64,000 nt of DNA from the human T2T-CHM13v2.0 reference genome, Homo sapiens. The translations under genes were made by a program, and so were the position numbers. How positions within the stretch are numbered: position 1 is the first letter of the stretch; each line of letters begins with the position of its first letter. The notes below the pieces were generated by a model that saw only the letters and a list, made by a program, of their open reading frames with translations, ran no database searches and was not told where the DNA came from. The stretch lies in assembly GCF_009914755.1 (NCBI RefSeq), contig NC_060940.1; one strand, given 5' to 3'. Shown piece by piece: positions 16,198 to 31,721 of the stretch.

Positions 16198-18704
16198 TTG
16201 CTTTCTGCTCTTATTAGCAAGTGTGTACTTTCTGTTTCTCACATTTAAACTTAATAGATAAATAATACTATCGGTTCAGAGCATCATGATTGTTCCTTTT
16301 GGGTCATCCCTTCATACCATCTCAATTGTCAGCTGGACGTCCAAGCCTTATCATTTGCCACCAGAGAAGCAGAGTCAGGGATGGTAAACTGTGTGATAAC
16401 CCCATCCACAGAAGGACCTTTTATTCTTTTCTGGCTAAAACTGAGAGCAAAATCGGCTTCTCTCTGACATTGTCCTTTTAATTTTTAAATTATATTTCAC
16501 TGAATAAATTTCATATATCCACTGGTCATTTGTATTTCCTTTTTGTAAATTAAGCATTAATGTGTTATATTCCAAGATTAAAGTAAAAAATGCAAACCTA
16601 TTACTGTTTAACAGAAAAATAATTAACATGATATTTTTGCTTCCTGTTTGTTTTAATCAAGCAGTTTTGAAGTTGGAGAGTATTGGAATTTCTTAAATCA
16701 CTTAAAATAATTTAGACCTGCTATTAATTTTATATCACAAGTGAGTAGTTAATGCAGACTTAGCAAGTTCATTACTGTTTTTTAATTAAACATAAGTTGA
16801 TTGTAAAGAGAGAATTATTGAGCATTTGAGAGATATATCTAATGGCCATATAATTAGATTAAAATTACATAAGCAAGAAATGCCCAATTTAATTCTTGGT
16901 ATATTAACTGTATATGAAATGTACACATACTTGCTTCACATTTATATGTGAAGAATAGGCTACAGCAAGATAATTAGGGATTACTTTTGAAAATGAAGGT
17001 ATTTAATAGACATATTAATTGATATCAATCTTCCTACAAATAGCCCATTAAGTCAAAAACTGTTACATAGAAAATAGTTTATCAATAAAAATCAAAATGT
17101 ACATTTTTATATGCAAAGTTAATTGCCTGCCGCTCATATATTTTCATTTATTAAAATTAAGTAATGATTTTCTTTGCTTTGCTGATAATTAAATAATTGT
17201 AACAGTCAATGAATCTCAATTAAATGTTGATGGTAGCTTACAATCAATTTACAAAAATTATAACAATAATATACCAAGCAATCAGAAACAATACAATCTA
17301 TATGTATTATACTAAGATAAGAAAACTATATGGCTAAGTTTTATTTGCATATACTTAACATTAGATAAACTTCTAATAATTAAAAAATAGCCTCTTTAAG
17401 GGGAATATGCAATCAATTGACGGAATATCATATCAGAACTTTTATAAAGATGCTGGTGACTGAGGACTATTCTTAGGGAAAGTGAACATTTCAAGTCAAT
17501 TCACAACATCTATTAGATGCCAGTTTGTAAAAAAAAATTATAAAGCTTAAAAGTAAATAATAATAGTAATACTACTAATAAAACATCAAGGCTTGGGACA
17601 AATATAACTGACTCATAATTAGTCGTTGGATCTACCTGATTACTGCAAAATTGCAATCAAATATAATCAAAAGAAAAGCCAGAAAAAATGATAGCAGTCT
17701 TAGAGGAGAGTGTTAGAATAAATGGATCCAAATGAACATTACATCATTTTGTTTTTCTAATAGAAAATCATACCTATTAATGGATCATAAAATTTATTTG
17801 AGTCACATAAGCATTAACAATAAAATAGGAAAAAATTGAGATAAAGTAGGTATTATTACCCATAATAACGATAAATGTTTTGCTATGAAGCTTTGGTTTT
17901 AGTTTAGTTATATATTTAGGGGTATGTATGTGTATTGGGTGGTGACATAAACTATATTTCTATTGTAGGTCACAGCCAAAGATGAAAAAATAGATATATG
18001 TTATAAATGTCTTGTATAATGATCAAAATTTTATAGTTTGTGGTTTGTCTTGTAATGTGTGGTGATATACAGCTATGAATATCAACTTGAATCAAACTGT
18101 CCAGAGTTGAAACATGGCTGTAGCATTTAATAGTTCGGTGACAAAGGATAATTTTCTTGAACTCTTTGTGTTTCCCCATTTGTAAAATATATACAATAAT
18201 AGTATCTAACTGACTGGGTTGCTGCAAATTTAAACAGAATAAATGGAAATGAACATGTCAAAAGTTAGGCCATAGTGAACTCAAAATAGTAATATTAAGG
18301 TTCTCATAAATGATTCAAATAAGGTTATTTAGAGAGACTTCCACTCCTGACCAAGATGGAGTAAGAGGTGATAAATTTATCATCCCACCTGTAAAAAACA
18401 CAAAGACTGGACAAAATATATGAAACAATGGTTTTCAAGACACTAGCCCTGAGGCAGTGGAGCACAGGCATCCCTGAGAGATGGGAAAGAAATGAGATGA
18501 CCCCAGTGATTGCCCAAGTTTACTGCCTAGAGACAACCTCAGGTGGAGCCAGAAGACCCCCCTGATGCAAGACGGAGGTGAGTGTCTAGAGAGATGAAGG
18601 CAGCAAGAGTTTATAGGAGAGAGTACTGAAGATGTGAGAGCTTCACACACAGAGAAATCCAGAGATTGCAGAGTACTTCTTGAGTATTTAGCTGAGTACT
18701 AATC

Positions 18705-18708
<4 letters not shown>

Positions 18709-18750
<42 letters not shown>
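18709..18750. repeat. (GT)~21 microsatellite
   Basis: direct reading. Confidence 0.95.
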
Positions 18751-18755
<5 letters not shown>

Positions 18756-19063
18756 CTACCCAAGGCTACAAAAAGGGCCACCTGAAAGGATTAAAAGGAA
18801 CAGTACTCAGATCTCACACAGGGCCAGTTCCCACAAACCAGAGTGAAAAAATTCATAATTCACGGGGCATTGGGTAGAGTACTCACAAGTTTCTTGCCTT
18901 AGTGTTGGGAAATAATTAGCATTAAACTAAACATGGCTGTGGTTCTGCCTAATAAGTGTTAAAAGCAGAACCCGAAAGTATCAAACTGTTTACAGGTGAC
19001 TAAACTATATCCCAGAACAAAGCTCAAGAATATTTGTGGTACTACAGAAATACCCAGTCCGTA

Positions 19064-19194
19064 GCCACTTATGCCTAGTGTTCCATTATTGGAACGCTAA
19101 GCATGTGGGAGTTATTTATATCCTACTGCTCAAGGTCACCGCCATGGTCTGATTGCAAAAATTCAAAAAATTGTGACCCCCAGGCATAAATGAA
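19064..19194. mobile_element. MER85 piggyBac (PGBD3-derived) MITE
   Basis: ccacttatgcctagtgttccattattggaacgctaagcatgtgggagttatttatatcctactgctcaaggtca...caggcataaatg followed by TTAA; ~130 bp with terminal inverted repeats. Confidence 0.88.
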
Positions 19195-19680
19195 TTAAGA
19201 AGGTAAAAATCCCAATGTCTGGCATCCACTAAGCAATTATGGGGGAGGTAAAGAAGCTGGAAAACATAACCTATATTGAAGAGAAAAAGGAATCATTTGA
19301 AATCAACCCAGAACTGACAAGTATTAGAATTAGCAGAAAAGAACAAAAAAAGTCCTAATAACTGTATTCTATATACTCCAAAAGTTAAATAGAAACATGG
19401 AAGATACAAAAAGGACCTAAATGAAACTTGGAGATGCAAACTGCAATGTTTGAAATGGCAAACATAGTGAATGGGATGAATGGCAGATTAGACATTGCAG
19501 AATAAATGATTAGTGAACTTGAAGGTATAGCAATAAGAAGTATCCAAAATGGAAGACAATGACAAAATGAATCAGTGATCTGTGGCTCAACCTCAAGTGA
19601 TATAATATATATGCAATGTAGTCCACATAGGAGGAGGCACAGAAAAAATAGTTGATGAAATCATAATTAAAAATTTCCAG

Positions 19681-20020
<340 letters not shown>

Positions 20021-20096
20021 TCAAATAACCCAAGCACAAGGAAAATAAAGAAAATGACACCAAGGCACATCATGATCAAATTGCTCAAAACCACTG

Positions 20097-20605
20097 TGCT
20101 CTGCTTGGCCAAACCCATGGCTGGAGTCACCCTAAAAGTGTTGGCAGGGGAGTTCCCTCAAGGACCACCCCAAACCATCATGAGTTAGGGCCAGCTGGAA
20201 TTCTAAAAAATGAAGTACTAAATGCCAAAGGGTGAACAGTCCAAGTATTGATTAGGGGAACTTTTGGGAGGCTGCAGCATCCTTGCATTGGACAGCAAGA
20301 AATATGTTCTACCCAGGTATATTTGTAATGAGGGGGTCGGGTTATGGAGTTTATATGGGGATTTAAGACATTTGGCTCAGGGTTGGGGCTAGTTTCTATG
20401 TGTTTAGCAACACCTTTAATCTTTCACTGTTTTGGGCAACAACCAGAACAACTTTATCGGTGCCTAGGAATGTTCAAGGCCCCTGATTTGGTCCAAGCCT
20501 GCAGGAAAAAAACATTCAGCTGAATAGGTCACAGGGTGGTCAAGACATTAAGTGTTTTTTTGGTCAGATTAATGAAAGAAAGTGGGGGTGGGGGGACCCT
20601 ATACA
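20097..20605 (-). mobile_element. probable ERVL-class solo LTR (MER54/MER88-like) interrupting L1M ORF1
   Basis: ~510 bp TG...CA bounded block of different composition; L1 ORF1 sequence resumes after it; family name tentative. Confidence 0.5.
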
Positions 20606-20806
20606 CAGTTAAGAGGAAATAATTGAAAGGAGTCAAGAAAAAAGCTACATTACCTACAGAGGAACAAAGATAAAGATGCCTGCAGATTTCTCGCTGGAGA
20701 ATGAAATTGAGAAGATAGAGGAAAAACATCTTTAAAGCAATGGAAAGAAAAAGACAAACCCAAACCTGTCAACCTAGAATCTTATCCCCTGTGAAAATAT
20801 TTTTCA

Positions 20807-21145
<339 letters not shown>

Positions 21146-22389
21146 TTACGTTGGCAAATATACAAGATTATTTTTAAAAATCTCCTTAAAAGATTATTGG
21201 CTATTTAAACAAAAATAAAACAATTTATTGTAAGATTTTGACATATGTAAAAATAAAATGGCTAAGTGGAGAGAAATGGAAGTATACTGTTGTGAGGTTT
21301 TGATATTTCACGTGAAGTGGTAAAATATACCTTGAAGGTTAACTACGATAAGTTAAAGATCTATATAGTGAACCCTAAGGCAACCACTAAAATAAAAAAG
21401 ACCCTAAATTAAAAGGTAAAGATTATCATATTGAATTTAAAAGCATGACCCAACTACATGCTGTCTACAGAAAACAAAATTTAAATATTGAAACACAAAT
21501 ACATTTAAACTAAAAGAATAGAAAAAGACATACCATGCTAACATAATACTACTCAAAAGAAAGTTGGAGTGTCTATATTAATTTCAGATAAAGTAGGATT
21601 CGGAGCAAAGAATATTACCAGGGTAAATGAAGGTCATTTTATAATGATAAAGGGGTCAATTCATCAGGAGAACATATCAGTTTTAAACGTTTAAGCATCT
21701 AATAACAAAGCTTAAAATACATAAAGCAAACATGAAACTGCAAGGAGAAATGGTCAAATTCACAACTGTAGTTGGATTATTTCAATGTCCCTCTCAATAA
21801 CTGACTGAAAAGGTAGACTGAAAAATCAGTTAGGATATGGAAGACTTAAATAGCAGGATCGCCATCTTAATCTAATTGACTTTTATACAATACTCCACCC
21901 AACAACAGCAGAATTCTTTTCTAGGAGTCATGGACCATTTACGAGGTCACACAGTATTTTGTACCATGAAACTAATCTCAAAAAGGACGTAAGACATACA
22001 GTGTATGTTCTCTGAAATGACCAATCAATGACAAAAAGGTATCTGGAAAATCCCCCAATACTTGAAAACTACGTAAGACACCTCTAAATTAACCTTAGGT
22101 GAAATAAAAAATAAAAGGATATTAAAAATTATTTTTAATTGAAAGAAAATAAAAATATACAACAAACAAAATTTGTGGCATGCCATTTAAGCATGAGTAG
22201 GGGAAATGAATAGCATTAAACACCTAGACATTATAAAGCTGCAATAATTAAGACAGTAAGTTATTGGCATAAGGACAAATAGATCAGTGGAACAGAGAGT
22301 CTGGAAATAGAGCTATACATGTATGGGTATACATGATTATAAAAATGATAATTAAAAATGACTATAGTTTATGATATTTGTGCATTTTT

Positions 22390-23090
22390 TATGGAGATAT
22401 AAACCTGGAAATGTAGGAAGGGATCTTGCATATCTTTTTGGGGAGTTTGAACATATTATGAAGATAATATATAGCTACTGAAGAATTATAAAGGAAGAGT
22501 AACAGGATAAAATTTATTTTGGAAACATCAGAGGGAAAGTGGTATGGAAGATGGATTATAGAAGCATGAGACATGACAGGCAGTATAATCAGGAGGCAGT
22601 GAGGTTGAATAAAATAGGGGAATATTTGAGATATATTTAAGAGGACAGAACCTGTGGTCTTTTCTGGGTGATTTAATAAGGTGAAGGATTATGGAGTAGA
22701 AGGTATCAAGAAACAGATCGCAGATTTCTAAGCAGAGTTCAATACCATTCACTGGGATAGAGAACAAGAGAAGGAGTAAGTTTTAAAGGGCTCGTGATGA
22801 TTCAGTTTTGAATTTGTTGAGTTTGAGATTCTTTCGGGACTCCTTTGGGCAGTTGTCCAGTAGTCGGAAGGATACTTGGGACTAAAGATGTCAAATGAGA
22901 GGACTGGTTTCATGGTAAGAATTTGGAAGCTGTCAGTATTTGTATGGAAATGAAAGCCATTGACTTGAAATTTCACAGAAAAGAATGTATAAAATATAAA
23001 GCGAAAAGTATGGAAAATGTAATTAAGTCTGGAAAGTAACAACATTTAAGGAATAAGCAGAGGAAGAAGAGTTACTGGGTGAATCCAGAG
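22390..23090. mobile_element. L2 LINE remnant
   Basis: degenerate L2-like purine-rich sequence (gattcagttttgaatttgttgagtttgag). Confidence 0.55.
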
Positions 23091-23129
23091 TTTATTTTTT
23101 GGGGATGTGGGGGCAGAAAACAGATTAGA

Positions 23130-23153
23130 AGTGTGTGTGTGTGTGTGTGTGTG

Positions 23154-23190
<37 letters not shown>
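23130..23190. repeat. (GT)n(GC)n microsatellite, alternating purine-pyrimidine (Z-DNA-prone)
   Basis: direct reading. Confidence 0.9.
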
Positions 23191-23195
<5 letters not shown>

Positions 23196-23449
23196 ATGCA
23201 CGTGTTGCTGGCAGTAAAAGTGCTGCATAGGGAACTTGTCTTGAAACTGTGTTTCCATCAAAACTTACAGGTTTTACTCAGACTACGTGTTTATGAGAGA
23301 GGACTGTTGGAGATGAATATTGTCACCTTTTCTTCACCATACAAAGACAGACTCACTAAGGAGACTAAGCAGGTAGAGTCAGAGATAAGAAGGGAGGGGA
23401 CATTGTTATCCAATATTGGAAAGCAGGCAAATAAGATAAGGAATGTAGT

Positions 23450-23900
23450 TTGTCAGGTTATCAGCAGGCAACATTGAACTCTCAAATTGGGTAAGATGAG
23501 GCAAAGAGGCTTGATAAGGACACTGTTTACCAAGGTGTGGGCAGAATGTAAGGAGACTCCATGCGATTGTGCCTTTCACCAGGGCAGGAAGATGGTGATG
23601 CTGTGACTGCCTAAAAGGGCAAGAGGAGGAGCAGTTACCCAGAACCTGGCATGAGAGAGCTTTGTGGAGACTGTTGCTGAAGGAGTTGTGGACCTCCCCA
23701 GCAGGGAGGGGCTGGAGGGTAATTCCCCTGACCCTCTGTTGACTCCTCCCCTCACTTCTCTGGTCTGTGCTCTCCATTGGCCAAGTCCAATTGGAAGCAA
23801 GGGAATCAGTTACTGTAGTCCATGTACAGCAGCCTCTGGGTGCAGAGCAGGTTGGAAGAGAGATGGGCGTGGATCTGAAGGGGGCAAACAAAATACACGG
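23450..23900. mobile_element. old MLT1-type LTR
   Basis: ctccattggccaagtccaattggaagcaaggga...ggatctgaagggggcaaac, typical of MLT1I/J ends. Confidence 0.55.
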
Positions 23901-24493
23901 AGCATAGACTGAGGGATATTGTTACTAGAATTCATCCCAAAAGGTCACTGGGGACTCTAGTTGAATAGAGCTTTCAGGGCAGCAGTGGGGCAGGGGGTCG
24001 ATTACAGAGAGTAAATTAAGGATGAACCAGGAGTGAGGAGGAAGAGCTACTGTTGAGGGAGGGAGTTTGGGGAGTCACTGGAAGTAAATTTGCTGTCATG
24101 GGTGGCAGGCACGAGTTAAGACGGTAGATTCCTATTTATGACTATATGGTGAGTCATACAAAATCACGGACTCAAAACGGTGTCTGTTTCCCAAGATCTC
24201 CCTGTAATTTTTAATTTTCCAGAACTGTGAGAATGATAAGGCTGGTTTGATATAAACAGACATATATTAGGACTAATCTGTAATAGAATGTGTCTTCCTT
24301 TCTCTGTGTTCATTGAACCTCGTATACGCGTGTAAGTTCTGCACACACTGTATTGTGACTTGTTTTATGTGTCTACCTCCCCTACAAGACAGAAGATATA
24401 CCACTTTTAAAATTTAAAAATTTTAATTTTTATGTGAAGCAAAACAAATTATTTAAACAGTTGACACAGTATATTATATTTAAAGGAAAGTAA

Positions 24494-24649
<156 letters not shown>

Positions 24650-25489
24650 GCAAAGGCATAGTGTAACTCATTAATGCAATTTTTCTATATTTAGGATAGC
24701 AAAATAAGCTATTTAGTTGTGAAGTATAGACCCATCCCTCTTTACTATATACCACATACCTTGCTTTTATCATCTACTTTCTCCTCAAGAAATAGTTTTC
24801 CTTAAATAAGTTTTAACCCCTTATTTCAGGGGAGAGTTTGATTCTTGTGTGACAAGTCATATCAGCTTTGCACAAATATTGGAACATCTCTTATGTGAAT
24901 TTAAGTCTAATTGTTAAGCCATTTCTCTCCATGAAGGATCTTTAGAAGACTTTGTAGGAGTTTCCCTCCTGTCTTAACTAGTTCCATTTCCAGCCTGGCA
25001 TTATAGTGCCTGAGTTCTAAGACTGAGAAATATTCCCTGTCTAACTGACTGTAAGAGGGTAGAAAGTTGCTTTTAGCTACTCTGTGACATAAATATGGTT
25101 CTCTTGTTTAAGAAATACTTTGACATATTTAGAAATTCTCAGTAATAATTTTTGAAAGAAAAGTATGAAAACAATCCTAACTCTTCCAATCATTTGATTT
25201 TTGACAATTCCCATTTCTGTCTTCAAAGTTACATTATTTAAAACCAAATTCCATTTCTTATTTTATTCATAAAACATAAATATCAGGATGTACCATAATA
25301 GCACATCAGCCAAAACAACAAAATATTAAAACATAATCAAACTAAGAAATTCTAATTCTAAAACAAAAGGTGAAATTAATATCTCTCTTAGGAAAAGGAA
25401 TCTGGAAAATTTCAGTCTGGTTGCTGGGGTCCTTCCTACAATAGGCAGAAATATACATATATAAAAGAAGGTAAATCAAGTTGAGCTTA

Positions 25490-25979
<490 letters not shown>

Positions 25980-28284
25980 TCATTTGTTTAGCGACAGCTT
26001 CATTTTTAAGCTTACAAAATACATTAGCTAAACTGATTTATATTTTAACATAAATATTGGAGAGGTTGAAGTTGCCAAGGTGGATCTGTTGTGGAGATTA
26101 GACACAGCGGAATTATATGTTGTACATATTCCTAAGACTTTGTGATTCTAAACTGTGTCCTGCTTATAGAATATGTTATAAATAGGTTGCTCCTCAAATA
26201 CTCATTTACCATTTTATTTTTACTAAAATACTGAAAATAATCGATTTGGCTATTTGGATTATTTAGTTTTGAACATATTATTTTTTTTGTTGTGTATAAA
26301 AAACTATTTAAGTAACTGAATGTCATTTTCCTACTATTTTGAGTGCTAGAATTTTAATCTTCTGTAATTAAAAATAAATCTTCAGACTGAACATAACAGT
26401 TATTTTCCCATATACTTCATTGCAAGTGATAAAAATGGATAACATTTAGCCATGAACTGTGCCTATTTCCTATGAAATGTCAAGCTTCCATTTCATTAAA
26501 TTTGGAGAGTTTTTTTGAGGAAATAATATGATGATACTGAAAGAAAGGAAATAAAATTCTTAGAAAACTCTCAAATGAGTATTAATAGATGAAATTTGAA
26601 TAAGACTGATCAGATGCTGGAATAGATGCTTTTTTTTGATTGCTTACATTGTCTGAAAACTGTTCAGCAGAACAAAGGGTTTTATGGATGAAAGACTGGT
26701 ATGAAGAAACATGAATGTCAACCCAGGCTCTGAAAGACAGTCTGCTAATGAAATATTCTAAAAGTCATTTTCAAGGTGGTTGAAAGTTCTCACTGATGTG
26801 CACCAATGCTTTTGATAAAAAAATTATATATATCAAATAATTATGCAAGTGTTAGCTCTGGGTACAGAGAAAATAAGATTAGCTCACATGCACCCAAATA
26901 TTATGGGAATGTTTATGTGTCATTCTTTCTATGATTGAAAATGATCAGATGCCAGATAACATTATTTTGGTAGTAAATTTCTTACTTCTGACTTGTGAAA
27001 AATGCCTTTTTCTGCTATCTAGGTTATGCTAACTAACTTTGGTCTATGATTTACTACCTTAATGGTTAGCTCTTTATGTGCAAAGTGTAGAAAGGAGATG
27101 ATTATCATTCAAAATTGAACTTTTTCAAAACATCCTTGAGTGAACTTTCCTGATAAATGCAAGAAGTAATGGCTTTTCCCTGAAGGTCCACTGATCCACT
27201 CTGTTCTGCCAATGACACGTGCCTATCCTCTATTCTACAGTATGCATTCTTTCTTAAGGCATGTATGTGTAACACACATATACATATGAGACACATATCA
27301 TTATGTGAGTTTATAATTTGATGGAACTTTGTGTTCAGATGTCTTTGGGATCTGGCTGCATCAGTTTTCTGTGAGTTTGATTTTAATCATACAAGGATGA
27401 TGGGGATGCTCTTTCAGCAGTGTCTATGATGGTACCCCATGCTGAGAGGCCTTTAATGAAGGGTAGCAATGGTTCTATGACATGACCAAATTAGTGAAAG
27501 CATGATTTATAAGGTTTTTTAAACATTCTATATCACACGGACAGTGGGACGTTAACCTTCTTTCCCTGTCCCAGTCCCAGATGACTGACTGAATTGCAGT
27601 GGTCTGATGACAATGTCAAGCTTTGTATGTCTGGGTCTGGCTTGAGCTTGTTTTACAAAAGGCAACTGATCTCTGGTAGGTAGATTCTATCTCCATTCTG
27701 TTTTATACTTTCATAAATAAAATTTTAATTACCCGTATCATTGATACAAACATAAAGAAGAATTTTGCATGAGTTTTAATGCCCTTTGGGACTGACCTGG
27801 TCCCAGTCTCTCAAGCTGTATTTGCCTGAGTATATAATATGCTGTTGCCAGTTTGTTATGCACTTTCCCCATGCTCTATCTTTCCAACTTGAAACTGCTC
27901 ATCAGCCTAGATTCAAACATAATGATATCTTTTCTGCAAAACTTCAACGGACATTTTTCCAGTAAAGGTAATCTCTTTGCACATGTTTTTATAGTGTTTT
28001 TACATATGTATATGATGACAATTTTATATCACATAGTAATTTACAAGTATCTTTATGTGTACTAGGGAGATCTAAAGGAGAGGGGCTAGAACTTACTCAT
28101 ATTAAAAAAAAATCAGGATCAAAAGTAGGTACTCAGTAAATATTAGTTTTAAAAATTTTTTCAATAGTAACTAAGAGTACGTAAACAGGATCTTTACAAG
28201 TAGTAAGGAAGTTTAAAAGAAAATAGAGTCCAAGATGCTGTGACATTCAGAAATAATGTAAAAAATGGGACCATCTTCATGAAG

Positions 28285-28925
28285 AAGTCGGGACCCTTGT
28301 GCACTGATGGTGGGTATGCAAAATGGGGCAGCTGTTATGGAAAACACTATGATGCTTCCTCAAAAAATTAAACATGGCATTACTCTATGTTCCAGCAATT
28401 CCACCCCTGGGTATCTACACAAAATAAATGAAAGCAGGGCCTGAAAGGGATACTTGTCTACCCATTTTCACAGCAGCATTACTTACAATAGCCAAAGGTG
28501 GAAGCAACCCAAGTGTCCATCAAATGATGAATGGGTAAACAAAATGTGATAGGTACATATAATGGAATATCACCACCCTTAAAAAGGAAGGAAATTCTGA
28601 CATATTCTACATGGATGAAACTTGAAGACATTATGCTAAGTGAAATAGGCCAATCAAAACAGACAAATGCTATATTATTCCACTTATATGAGTTACTGGG
28701 AGCAGTCAAATTCATATAGACAGAAATTAGAAGGGTGTTTGGCAGGAACTCAGGGGAGAGGGAAATGGGAGATTGTTCAATTGGTATAGAGTCTCAGTTT
28801 TGTGAGATGAAAAGAGTTCTGGATACTGTACAAGGTGAATGTACTTAATGCTACTGAGCTGTACACTTAAAATGGTTAAGATGGTAACTTTTATGTTAGA
28901 TGTATTTTACCACAATTAAAAAAAC
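28285..28925 (+). mobile_element. L1MB-type 3' end
   Basis: ORF2 end peptide (EILTYSTWMKLEDIMLSEI); 3'UTR gtacacttaaaatggttaagatggtaac...ttttaccacaattaaaaaa. Confidence 0.85.
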
Positions 28926-29959
28926 TGAAAAGAAAATGAAATCATCCTCATGATCACATTACTGATTATATCAGACTGAGCCATCCTGAAGGTGCTTTAA
29001 CATCTATAACTGTAGTTACAGTCTTTGGGCAGGTAGTCTGCATAGGGATCATCTTTTTTTTTTTTTTTAGGGATATTCACATGAGAAAGAGAAGTTATTG
29101 TTATATAATTTTAATACCAATCCATCAAGATTTGTTTATTGCATACTCAAATATGGTGGTTTTGAGAAAGGATAACAATGAATATCAAGGCGGTGGTTAT
29201 CCAACTATATTCTGAGGGCTTTTATATAGCAAAGCCATTGCTCATAAAACATTAAGAGAATTGACACAGCTCCTTTGTCAAATCTGACATTCTGGAATTG
29301 TTCTAGAATTAATCTTAGTTGAAAATTAACTTAAGAAATTCAGAGGGCTGATACTGTTAAAAAAGGAGAATGAACTTTCCAGTAACATGGGTACATGCTC
29401 AGATGGATCCTACTATCATTGGCTTTAAATGCTCACCTAGGAATTGCTTTTGTAATATACATCTCTGAAGGAAAAGAGGTGAAACTGGAAAATCCATGTC
29501 TTTCCAACCATGTTTCAGCAATAACACAAGTCTTTTTAGTTAGATTTGTCCAATTTCACTTTCCTACCTCTGAAGCTGTTAGAAATGGCCCAGGTTGGTT
29601 CATTCCAGTGAAGGACAAGTTGAAAGACAAATACCAAAAGTGAGTTCAACAGGAGGTGGGGAACTCAGTCTAGAAATTTCAAAGCGTGTCATTGATTGAG
29701 TGGAGATGGAGACAAATATCAAGCGGAAAAGTGTGAACCTAAATAGAGAACCAGGATTGGCAAAATCCAGGGGCAGTAGGTCAGAGGAGATAAATAATAC
29801 TGGATCTAGCACTAATAGACTTAGCTAACAATAATCATAGCTAACATTTGTGGACCAGAGACTATATCCTGAGCCCTCTTTTAAGTGCTTTTACTTGTAT
29901 TAATGCCATGAATCTTTTCAATGTTTTATCTGATAGATACTGTTATTATTTCCCAATGT

Positions 29960-30345
29960 CTTAATTTGTATTACTCCAAGAGGAGACCCTGGGACAAGAA
30001 TTCAGGTGCAAATATTTTGTGTGAGAAATGATTCCAGGTTTTCTATTCCGTGTGTGAGTGAGGAAGTGAGACAGGGAAAGAAAGAAAATCAAATAAAGTT
30101 AATTAGTGGGTTTGTGCTATGGGCAATAAAGGTTCAGGTACCTCTGGAGACTTCATGGAACATGCTTCAGTGTTCCACCGAAGGATGAGGGAGCTGGGAA
30201 TGATACCAACTCCTACACCTCAATGATTGGGGGTTGCTTCTGGGAAATTAATTCTTAGGCACTATCATATTACCTTATTCTAAAAACATCCTAAGGCAGA
30301 GAGACACAGGAAACAGTTCATGGTATGTAAGGAGCTGCAGCAATG
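29960..30345. mobile_element. old MLT1K/L-like LTR
   Basis: gagaccctgggacaagaattcaggtgcaaatatttt...gtgagacagggaaag. Confidence 0.45.
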
Positions 30346-31173
30346 GTATTAATAGCACGTGCTTCATTGAGTCTGCATATGAGGAACATGAGACACAAAC
30401 TTAACATTCATGTAATTTGTATTTATTCTAGAAATATAGACCATTGACTGAAGGTAGGTTTCTACATTCTGCTTGTGTTTACAAGGGTAACTCCAGTACA
30501 GCTAAAGCAGATAAAACAAACAAGAGTAGAAAGACATCTGACACATTAAATCCATAGGCACCACTGATACATAGTTCATTTGTTCATTCATTCATTCATT
30601 CACTTCTTTGTTCTTCGATTCAAACATTTGTTAAGTGTCAGCTTGGAGTCTGGTAAGGTTTTATGCACAGGAGATGAGGTGGGGAAGAGATATGATAAAG
30701 AGCACTTATGACAAAATTTCTGCATCACAGAGATGACATGTTAATGGAAAGAGACAAAGAAATACAATTTCAAAGAATAATGAATATATTGAAGAAAATA
30801 AAATCATATTGAAATTAGTCAAAGTACCAGAGACTTGGCCATACTTGCTAAAGGAAAAGGAAACTTCTACTTCTTACCAGAGTTAGACCCCTAGATAGGA
30901 TATGGAGGAGTTTGGAGTCAGTAAGTGGTAGCACACCAAAGAAGAGATACATAATGAATGGTAAACCTGTTGCCAGCAGGGCTTGGTGCATAGCTGCCCT
31001 CATTAGAATGATGATGGATTGTGATGCTTTGTAAAGAAGGAAGTGGTTTCACATATTATCCTATGTTATGCTTTGCATAAAAGGTTACAAGCATTTCATC
31101 ACAAATTACATGTTGCTCATTTCAGTACATCAAGTATGTGCTCAAACATGCAGTAACTTTAGGTCAGGTATTA

Positions 31174-31721
<548 letters not shown>

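Noticed and set aside
19064-19194. Small structured RNA (snoRNA/miRNA) gene
   Set aside because: Hairpin potential is explained by MER85 TIRs and the internal palindrome.
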